Virus record (IMG/VR): IMGVR_UViG_3300025470_000023
Reading direction: 5' to 3' (one strand)
Source of the DNA: an uncultured virus (IMG/VR IMGVR_UViG_3300025470_000023)
Taxonomy: Duplodnaviria; Heunggongvirae; Uroviricota; Caudoviricetes
Length of the DNA: 64,000 bases
Shown here piece after piece: positions 46,526 through 54,556 of the stretch. The notes under the pieces are model-generated. The model was not told where the DNA came from and ran no database searches. It saw nothing but the letters and a program-made list of their open reading frames with translations. The position numbers and the translations under genes are program-made. Position 1 is the first letter of the stretch; each line of letters starts with the position of its first letter.

Positions 46526-49500
46526 ATGGCTGAAGAATACGGATTGGCTAACCTTCTCGCTGGTCAATCAATACCCGCTGATGACTCTGGCTTAGGGCAA
46601 ATATATGGCGGGGGAGACAGCTACACTGCTCAACCTCAAGCGCCTTCTTCAGCTACCGCGATTCCTCCGGGGTATAGGCCCGTACCATTACCTAATGGTG
46701 GGTTTGTCTTTGCCTATAAGGACCATACCGACGAGCAAGCTATTGCAGCTTACCAAGCGGCGCAGGGGGCGCAGCATCCCCAGCATAAGCCGATCCCTCA
46801 TGGGCACGCGGCTGCACGCGAGCCGGTAGCGCCTGAATTCAAGCAAGCGCAGCGTGAGCCGCGCTACGAAGCGTTTGATCCTATCACTGAAGTGCTTAAC
46901 GCTGAGAACCAGCTTGATCGCGCTTCGATCGAGGAAATCCCCCGCGCCTATAAATATGCGCTGACTCCAGCGCAGGCGGCTCAGGTTAAACGCCAAGAGG
47001 AAAAAGCAGCACTCGCCGCGCAACCTCGTGATCCTGAAAAGCAGGGGTTCATTCCCGCTGTAGGAGCTGGCTTTGCTCGTGAGATCGGGAGTGTAGGACG
47101 CTTCGCTTCAGAAAGTGCTCAACCGTTTGCTCCGGGTGTAGCGCAGACCATCAAGGAAGTCACACAACCTGCGGAAGCTAAGGCCAAGGAACTTCATCAG
47201 CCTATCTCTGACATTGAGATTGCCGAAGCAAAACAGAAAGGATTCGTACCTTACGCTGGCGCTCAGCTTACGCGTGCCGGAGATATTCTAGGTGGGTTTG
47301 CTGGTGAGTGGGGTGTTCCCGGTATTGTCAGTAGGGCAGGTGCTCCGGGTAGGGCTATCAGTGGTGGGCTGACGTTTGCACAGCTTTATGGCGATCTGTC
47401 TCGTCGTGCCGAAGAATCCGGTGTGGAACTCTCATTGCCAGAGAAGTACGCAGGGGCCGCAATCAGCACCGCTATTTTTCAGTTGGCCCCCAACTTCGTA
47501 ACCAAGGGCTTGCCCCTCAATGTGCTGGCTCCGTCTGCTAAAGCCATTGTCGATATCTATGAAAAGGAAGGTGCAGAAGCTGCGCAGAAAGCTGTAGGGT
47601 CTTTGGCTGGCAATATCGTCAAGAGCTATGGCTCAGGTGTTGTAGGCGGAACTGCCGCTATGGCCGGTACGGAAGCGGTAACTCGTCACATGCTGGGTCA
47701 ACCGCAGATTACACCTGAAGAAACTCTAGAGATGGCTAAGGACGCTGCGATTATCAGTGCTCCTATGAGTATTCTCCACGGGCGCGCGGCAACGGCGGAA
47801 GCACAGAAAGGCTATAGAGAAGGCGCGGCGCGAGCATATAGAGAAGATCAGAGACTGCAGCAACAGGTTGACGCTATCAACCAAGAGAACGCGGAGCGTA
47901 CATGGCCCGAAATGCGTACGGAAGGGCAAAGAGCTGACCAAACGCAGGGTACTGAGCATATTGAGACTCCCGGCGTAGCCGAGCCTGCACCGCCGACTGG
48001 CGAGATCAACCTGCTTCAACCTGTTGACTGGCACCCTACGGGTGATGGGTTCCCTAATACGGTCGAGGGGTTGAAGGGTTTCATCGCGCACCATAAAGAC
48101 AAGCTACAGAATGAGGTGGCTCGCCGTAACCCAGAGGTTGCTGCACCCATTGAAGGTGCGCTTAAAGAAGCGAACAAAAGACTTACGGCGCTTCGCCGTA
48201 CCGCACAGAAAGGTGAGGCTCCGACTCCTCCGGGTATTCCTCCGTCAGCAGAGTTGTTGCCTTGGCCGGGCGAAGCGCCGCCGGAAGCCGTTACACCCGA
48301 AGCTCCAGTCGTTACACCCGAAGCTCCGCCTCCGGTTGAGGCTGTTACACCCGAAGCTCCCGCCGCACCTTGGCCTGTAGAAGCTCTCGGGCTGAAACCG
48401 AATGCCGCGCTGACTAAGCGCCTCGCCAAGCTGGATATGAATAACCCAGAGCACATCGAAGCTATTTCCGATGAGCTAAACAAGACACGCGTGCAGATCG
48501 AGCCTGAGAAGCTGGCTGCACTGTCAAATCATTTTGATGCTATTATAAAGCCTAGTAAAACAACAGAGCAGAAGGCTTATGGCGCGCAAGGCGAACAGAA
48601 CATCATTCCAAAAAGGCCACCAACTGTGGACCTCGGAACGCAAAGAAAAACTACAGAACTCTTTAGCCCAGAAGCGCAAAGAGGGATGGAGCTCCTTACC
48701 CAAAGGATACAAGATGTCGCCCGAAGTTATACAGAAGAGGGGCGAAACCCGGCGCAAGAATTGCTTAGGCAAACGATACCTACACAAAAGTTGCAACAAG
48801 ACATATTGGGTCATTTGGACACCCTCGGGGAAACGGTACGAGCATCGGGTGATTATGGAGCAGTTGCTAGGGAGATCATTACTGAAATCGGAGCACGTTC
48901 ACCACAAGGACGGGGACGGCTTGAACAACTCACCCGAAAACTTGGAGCTTCTGAGCAGCAGCGCCCACGCGAAAGAGCACCATCACTTACCTCTAGGGAA
49001 ATGGGCCAAGAACCACGAGGTGTGCTTGAAATGCCACAGCAAGGAGCGAAAGCACCTAGCGAAAGGCTTATGCACGAGGTGTTACCAACAAAACAAGCAG
49101 GAGAAATAGATGCCCTCAACAAGCAAATCTCAAGCACGCCTGATGGCGGCAGCGGCGCACAACCCGTCTTTCGCGAAGAAGGTGGGGATCAAGCAGTCAG
49201 TGGCCAAGGAGTGGAACCAAGCGGACAAGGGGAGCAAGCTGCTGAAGTCGAAGCCCCGAAAGAAGTAGAGGCCATCCAGCAAGAAGCGCGTTCGCTCCAA
49301 CCGGGAGATATTATCGCCAACGATATGGGTGATAGAGTTGAGATCGTGAAATTGGGTGGTACGCTTAAAGACGGCACACAGTTGTATGAATGGCGTGACC
49401 CTGATGACCCCAATTTTGGTCCTACGAAGATGGCTACTTCTTCTCCTGAAGGTAGTGAAGGCGTGCTCTCTATACATACACTGCTGTCCCCATACCAATA

Positions 49501-52500
49501 TCTTACGCCTGAAGGCGAACGTAAGAGCGCTCCCGGCGCTACTATAACTAGAGCACAAGAAGCACCTAAAACGGAAGAAGAGCTCACAGCGGTAGAACCG
49601 CAAAACCCTCGCGAAGCGTGGGAAGCCATGCGTAGTGAAGGCGATCCTGACCATAAGGCCCTACCGCGCGAAGCGCAGATTGCATGGAAAAGAGCCTTTG
49701 ATGACGGCGCTGCAGACAAGGCTTTCTTCGATCAGCTAAAGACCGCGATCACTCCAGAAGCAGATAGGCAGGCTGGCGAGACAGAAGAAGCCGTTGCCCC
49801 TTCTAAAAAAGACTACGATGGTGATGAGTTCCTCTATAGCCGCGGTGAGAAACCAAAAGAAGCAACTAGCCGGGAGATGATCCATGAGACGATCAAGAAC
49901 ATCACTGGTGATAAGCCTACCGCTTGGAGCGTAAAAATCCATGACACGGTAGAAGATGCACAGAATCATTTGAATGAGGCTGTTTATGAAAAGCTGGATA
50001 GGGATTACCCGGCTATTATGCGGGCTATTGACCATTTTGAACGCACGGGAGAGCTAGACCCTAATGATCCTTACTTGCCTCGTGGTGGTGTTGTATCTCG
50101 TGAGCGGCATATAGATATCCTGCGCGGAATAGCCAGTGATATACGCAAGAATGCTGAAGCTAAAGGGCTTACGGGGTTAAAACTTGAGCCCGATGCTAGA
50201 GGTTTCGTGCTGGGGAACAAAGCGCATTTCGTTGTAGAAAACATCCCTAAAGGGCGGGAACTTGGGGTGATGCTGCATGAGGTGGGTGATCACCTCGGTA
50301 TGGAAAAACTGTTGGGTACAGAACAGCGCTCTAGACTCGCAGCTAAAGTTGCCGATTGGGCCAAGACGCATAAAGGTCTTGAAGGTGACGTTGCTCGCGC
50401 TGCTATTGAACGTTCTCGTGGTGATGAATCAGAACACATCGCTTACTTTGTAGAAGAAGCGGTTAACCACGGCGTTGACCCCACTGCATGGAAGCCGAAC
50501 TCTGGGTTTAGTGTCTGGTTCCGTCAGCTCTTGGCTGCATTCAAAGCTGGCTTACGCAAACTCGGTATCAAGAATGTTGATCGTCTGTCTGCTCAAGATA
50601 TCGTAGATATGGCCTATGGTGCGGCGCACCTTGAGTTGCGCAGTCGTTGGCATGGTGCCCCTAAAGACTTCAGAAAATTCCAGCTCAAGTATCGCGGCAC
50701 TGGGGAAGGCGGCTTAGAGCCGGGTGATAGAAACGCTGAACACTTTACCGACATGATTGGTTGGGGGCATTACATGTCCGGTCGGCGTGGTATCGCTGAA
50801 GAATATCGTGATCGCCTGTCTGCGCAAGCTAAGCGTGGTACTGGAGCATTAGACCTTAAAGACTATAAAAAAGATTTTGATGTAGGCACTGACAAAGCGA
50901 CCGCTTTTAGCGATGCCTATGAGATTTTACATGAAACTCGGGGGGATTTTATTAAGGCTAGGCGGCGCATAGGTTTGCACGCGCAAGAATTCACTGATGC
51001 CCTAAATGGAGTGTGGCCCACACCTAAAAATCTTCCAGATCTTATAAAACAGGCAGAGAAAGAACGTGACCTCGCATTACAGTTTATAGACACGTTTGAA
51101 AAGCACGGAGCTGAGTATATTCCGGGCGAGCAACCAGAACCCACACTCTATAAACTCGGCATCAACGCCTTCGACCATGAGCTTATCGACTGGGAAAAAC
51201 CCCTGTCTGAGCAAAGCCCTGACGTACAGCGCGTAGCTAATCGCGTAAAGAAGAAGCTGGAAAAAGAAGGAGTGCTTGACGACGTTGTCGATACGCTTAA
51301 TTCAAATTGGGAAGACATCTCAGGTAGAGACTTCTATCGGTATGTGATGCGTAAAGCACGGGATACCGATGCTATTCCAGAGTTGTATGACTTGAGCGCC
51401 GTTAACGCAGAGAAGGCGGCATCTGAGTATTTGGACTCTCAAGGGATCAAAGGCATCAAGTACCCGACCCAAGGAGGGCAGGGTCCGGGCCACAACTACG
51501 TCATCTTTAGCGACAAGAATGTTCATATCGCGGGTAAGAATGTGCCGCGCACTGAAGCTGAAGGTATTCGCTACTCGCGTGCTCCTGAAGGGGAAGAAGA
51601 ACGTCCCCCGCTAACCAAGATTGATCGCAGCTCTACCCTAAAGACGATCGCTAAGACTTTGAAGCGCGCGGCGTTGGCGGTTAGTGATCCGAGTGCTATG
51701 TCTGAGGAGTATGCCAAGTTCCGGCGGCGGGTGATCGCTGAGTCTGCAGGTCTGACCAAAGCTCTCGAGAATGAGCCTACCTACGATCCTGATACCGGCA
51801 TTCGCGTGGACTATCTGCGGAACCAATACGACAGTGCCTATCAGTTATCTCTGGAAGGTCTGTTCAATGGTGTGCCTGTGCTTGAGCCTAAGACGGGTGT
51901 TGTGCGTATTCAGCCGACGACTCGTACCAATCTCGATCGCATCATGGCAGATGCAGCTAAGCTACCGCTCAAAGTCTCCTATGACGGGCAGAAAAAGGAA
52001 CCGCTCGAAGTCATGGCGGATATCTTCCGTATCAAGATGGGTGAACAGGAACTCAAAGAATACGAAGAAGCCAAGGTTAAGCTAAGAGCAATCGAACAGT
52101 TGCCAGAAGCTACGCGCAATCAGACCGACACCAAGGCGGAAATGGATAGGCTTAAAGAGCTTATCACTAATCAAGAAAGAGGCATTGGTCGTGAGCGTAA
52201 TGTCACCCGCGAAGACATTCGCTGGGCTAATGACGAGATTCAACACGTACCGGGAGTGCAGGATATTCTGGATCGTTGGGGTGAGACTAACCAAGAGCTG
52301 CTACGTTTTGCGCGTGACACCAACTGGATCACTCCTGAGAAGTATGAAGAATGGTCGGAGCGGCCCTCATACATCCCCATGTATAAGCCGATGGAAGATA
52401 TCCTAGCAGAGCGCGACGAGACACCTGCATTCCCCGGTGGTGGTCCTAAGACTGTCGGTAAGCTGTTCGGTAAGACAGGTGCGGCTAGTGCATTCCCTGT

Positions 52501-54463
52501 GAATGTTTTTGAGAGCTTGTCTCAGCACTATACGTCGATGATCACCAACTCCATGATGAACAACGTCAAGTATAGAGCCTTCCAGCAGCTTGAACGGGTA
52601 GGGTTGGCAGAGCGCGTTGCACCCACATACAAGGGTAAGGATGCTGTAAAGGCGCGCGCCGCTGGTAAAGACTTCCTCTATAAAGTGAAGGACGAAGAGG
52701 CATTCCGTTCGCTGACGATGGCGAATATGTACAGCAACCCGTTCCTTGATCTAGTGGCGATCCCGGCTAATGTGGTTCGCCGTACGGCGCTGTTCCTGAA
52801 CCCTGCTTACTACTACAGGACGATGATCCATGATCCTCTCGCCGCTACGCTGACTACGACAGCTAAAGGCGCGATCGGCCCTGTGACTCCTGCAGATGCC
52901 CTGTATCAGATAGGCAAGCGGGCTGCGGGTTTTGATAAGTCGGCTAAGGATCTGCAGTACTACGGAATCAGCGGGCTCGCTAACATGGACGCCAACATGC
53001 ACCGTTTCGCGCGGGCTCTTGGCGACTCACCGAAATATAACAAGTGGCTCCAGTACATTGATAAGGTCCACTCTTCTTTCGATGACGCTACGCGTACCAT
53101 CGTCTATGAGGCGGCTAAGAAGGAAGCGGCTAAGGATGGCATCACTGATCCGCAGGTGATTAACGATATCGCCGCTGTTAAGGCTCGGGACTTTGCTGAC
53201 TTTGCGGCCAAGGGCTCTAGTCAGCTCGTGCGTATAGCAGGTAAGCAGACTCCGTTCCTTCACGCGCATTTTGTGGGTCTGGATAAAATGCTTCGCTCTG
53301 CTACAGGGCACGGTAAGGACTCCAAGGAAGGTAAGGCTCAGCGTGATCGGTTTGTCGCTGGCGCTACGCTTGCGGCGAGTGCTGTAGTGGCTATTACTCT
53401 CGCTAACATACGTGACAAGCGATACCGGGACCTGCCTATCGGTGAGTGGTCCAAGAACATCATTGCTGGATTTGATGATGAAGGGCGCGCAATCAAGATC
53501 CCTGTACCACAGGAAATTGGCTTCTGGTTCAAGTTTGTTCCTGAGCTCATGACCCGTATGCTGATGGGCGTTAGTGATAAGCCTGAAGCGAGCAAGGCAT
53601 TTCACGGTATGGCGATAGATACATTGCTTCCTCCGGGTCTGGCTGACCCGATCAGTATCGCGGTGCGTGGTTGGTTGCAGATGCAGACGAATACCGAGTT
53701 GCATAGTGGCCTCCCGATTGAAAGCCCGCAGGAACAGTTGCTCCTGCCAGAAGACAGGGACAAGAGAGCGACTATCTTTAGTAAGGCTCTGCGTGATCAA
53801 CTCAAGAAGTATGGGTTGTCGGAAGACTTCTCACCAGATAAGTTCGACAGCTTTATGCGCTCCTATCTCACTACAATCTGGGATAACTCTGCTCTGGCCG
53901 CGACGATGATCCATGATGCCTATACAGGCAAACGCAGTCTGTTTGAACTGCCTTTCAACAAAGACTTCACGGAAGTGTACCCCGGCGCTAAGGCATTCTT
54001 CAGCAATCCGAGAAACATCTCAGCTACGCCGCGCTTCTACGATATGGCCAAGCCGCTCTATGAAACGCTCAAGTCAGTCAATGCGGCGGCACACGGAGAA
54101 ATGGATGACTCCGTAGAACGGTTTGATGAGTTACGCAATGATCCTGTTGTGATGCAACGCTACCGTATGGCGAAAGTGGCGGCTAAGTATCGGTCTAAGA
54201 TTTCAGCTTTGGAAAAGGCGATCGAACAGCTTGATAACAGGCAGGATCTCACTGAGGCGCAAAGGCGCAAACTTTACTGGGACCGCATCAAGGATCGCAA
54301 TGAACTTGCTAGAACTGCTGTAAATGAGCTCTCCAAGGGCCTAATGCAGGACAAGAAGTTCAAGGACGATGTAGAGAAATCTTGGAAGCTCTCTGTGTCT
54401 CCTGAAGACCTCGAACGCGAGATAGGTAAGTTCAAGGAAAATACAGGTGATACGGAAGAATAA
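46526..54463 (+). CDS. giant polyvalent ejection protein (metallopeptidase-like, ART-like and LPD38-like domains)
   Basis: 2645 aa; LHEVGDH; WHG...GTGEG...GWGHY...GIKGIKY...NYVIF; IKIPVPQEIG C-terminal region. Confidence 0.8.
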   Translation: MAEEYGLANLLAGQSIPADDSGLGQIYGGGDSYTAQPQAPSSATAIPPGYRPVPLPNGGFVFAYKDHTDEQAIAAYQAAQGAQHPQHKPIPHGHAAAREPVAPEFKQAQREPRYEAFDPITEVLNAENQLDRASIEEIPRAYKYALTPAQAAQVKRQEEKAALAAQPRDPEKQGFIPAVGAGFAREIGSVGRFASESAQPFAPGVAQTIKEVTQPAEAKAKELHQPISDIEIAEAKQKGFVPYAGAQLTRAGDILGGFAGEWGVPGIVSRAGAPGRAISGGLTFAQLYGDLSRRAEESGVELSLPEKYAGAAISTAIFQLAPNFVTKGLPLNVLAPSAKAIVDIYEKEGAEAAQKAVGSLAGNIVKSYGSGVVGGTAAMAGTEAVTRHMLGQPQITPEETLEMAKDAAIISAPMSILHGRAATAEAQKGYREGAARAYREDQRLQQQVDAINQENAERTWPEMRTEGQRADQTQGTEHIETPGVAEPAPPTGEINLLQPVDWHPTGDGFPNTVEGLKGFIAHHKDKLQNEVARRNPEVAAPIEGALKEANKRLTALRRTAQKGEAPTPPGIPPSAELLPWPGEAPPEAVTPEAPVVTPEAPPPVEAVTPEAPAAPWPVEALGLKPNAALTKRLAKLDMNNPEHIEAISDELNKTRVQIEPEKLAALSNHFDAIIKPSKTTEQKAYGAQGEQNIIPKRPPTVDLGTQRKTTELFSPEAQRGMELLTQRIQDVARSYTEEGRNPAQELLRQTIPTQKLQQDILGHLDTLGETVRASGDYGAVAREIITEIGARSPQGRGRLEQLTRKLGASEQQRPRERAPSLTSREMGQEPRGVLEMPQQGAKAPSERLMHEVLPTKQAGEIDALNKQISSTPDGGSGAQPVFREEGGDQAVSGQGVEPSGQGEQAAEVEAPKEVEAIQQEARSLQPGDIIANDMGDRVEIVKLGGTLKDGTQLYEWRDPDDPNFGPTKMATSSPEGSEGVLSIHTLLSPYQYLTPEGERKSAPGATITRAQEAPKTEEELTAVEPQNPREAWEAMRSEGDPDHKALPREAQIAWKRAFDDGAADKAFFDQLKTAITPEADRQAGETEEAVAPSKKDYDGDEFLYSRGEKPKEATSREMIHETIKNITGDKPTAWSVKIHDTVEDAQNHLNEAVYEKLDRDYPAIMRAIDHFERTGELDPNDPYLPRGGVVSRERHIDILRGIASDIRKNAEAKGLTGLKLEPDARGFVLGNKAHFVVENIPKGRELGVMLHEVGDHLGMEKLLGTEQRSRLAAKVADWAKTHKGLEGDVARAAIERSRGDESEHIAYFVEEAVNHGVDPTAWKPNSGFSVWFRQLLAAFKAGLRKLGIKNVDRLSAQDIVDMAYGAAHLELRSRWHGAPKDFRKFQLKYRGTGEGGLEPGDRNAEHFTDMIGWGHYMSGRRGIAEEYRDRLSAQAKRGTGALDLKDYKKDFDVGTDKATAFSDAYEILHETRGDFIKARRRIGLHAQEFTDALNGVWPTPKNLPDLIKQAEKERDLALQFIDTFEKHGAEYIPGEQPEPTLYKLGINAFDHELIDWEKPLSEQSPDVQRVANRVKKKLEKEGVLDDVVDTLNSNWEDISGRDFYRYVMRKARDTDAIPELYDLSAVNAEKAASEYLDSQGIKGIKYPTQGGQGPGHNYVIFSDKNVHIAGKNVPRTEAEGIRYSRAPEGEEERPPLTKIDRSSTLKTIAKTLKRAALAVSDPSAMSEEYAKFRRRVIAESAGLTKALENEPTYDPDTGIRVDYLRNQYDSAYQLSLEGLFNGVPVLEPKTGVVRIQPTTRTNLDRIMADAAKLPLKVSYDGQKKEPLEVMADIFRIKMGEQELKEYEEAKVKLRAIEQLPEATRNQTDTKAEMDRLKELITNQERGIGRERNVTREDIRWANDEIQHVPGVQDILDRWGETNQELLRFARDTNWITPEKYEEWSERPSYIPMYKPMEDILAERDETPAFPGGGPKTVGKLFGKTGAASAFPVNVFESLSQHYTSMITNSMMNNVKYRAFQQLERVGLAERVAPTYKGKDAVKARAAGKDFLYKVKDEEAFRSLTMANMYSNPFLDLVAIPANVVRRTALFLNPAYYYRTMIHDPLAATLTTTAKGAIGPVTPADALYQIGKRAAGFDKSAKDLQYYGISGLANMDANMHRFARALGDSPKYNKWLQYIDKVHSSFDDATRTIVYEAAKKEAAKDGITDPQVINDIAAVKARDFADFAAKGSSQLVRIAGKQTPFLHAHFVGLDKMLRSATGHGKDSKEGKAQRDRFVAGATLAASAVVAITLANIRDKRYRDLPIGEWSKNIIAGFDDEGRAIKIPVPQEIGFWFKFVPELMTRMLMGVSDKPEASKAFHGMAIDTLLPPGLADPISIAVRGWLQMQTNTELHSGLPIESPQEQLLLPEDRDKRATIFSKALRDQLKKYGLSEDFSPDKFDSFMRSYLTTIWDNSALAATMIHDAYTGKRSLFELPFNKDFTEVYPGAKAFFSNPRNISATPRFYDMAKPLYETLKSVNAAAHGEMDDSVERFDELRNDPVVMQRYRMAKVAAKYRSKISALEKAIEQLDNRQDLTEAQRRKLYWDRIKDRNELARTAVNELSKGLMQDKKFKDDVEKSWKLSVSPEDLEREIGKFKENTGDTEE
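48579..49109 (+). mobile_element. HNH homing endonuclease nested in the +1 frame of the giant gene
   Basis: YEHRVIMEQLLGRSL...HVHHKDGDGLNNSPENLELL plus C-terminal CxxC...GLCxxC. Confidence 0.85.
49110..49268 (+). CDS. 52-aa basic protein nested in the +1 frame of the giant gene
   Basis: MPSTSKSQARLMAAAAHNPSFAKKVGIKQSVAKEWNQADKGSKLLKSKPRKK; AGGAG RBS; ATG directly after the HNH stop. Confidence 0.7.
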   Translation: MPSTSKSQARLMAAAAHNPSFAKKVGIKQSVAKEWNQADKGSKLLKSKPRKK

Positions 54464-54500
54464 AAAGAACCCCGCGGGAGTGAGGCGCGGGGTATAAAAA
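54462..54500. terminator. probable terminator between convergent late and replication units
   Basis: ACCCCGCG...CGCGGGGT hairpin flanked by A tracts. Confidence 0.55.
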
Positions 54501-54556
54501 GGGGGGATTGAACAATGATTCGACCGCGCGTAGTTTATGAGGCGGTCTATAGGCTG

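Noticed and set aside
48290..48360. Three GTTACACCCGAAGCTCC repeats
   Set aside because: They encode a VTPEAP linker; an ordinary coding repeat.
53027..53800. 257-aa antisense ORF in the giant gene
   Set aside because: Shadow ORF with no domain signature, unlike the nested HNH.
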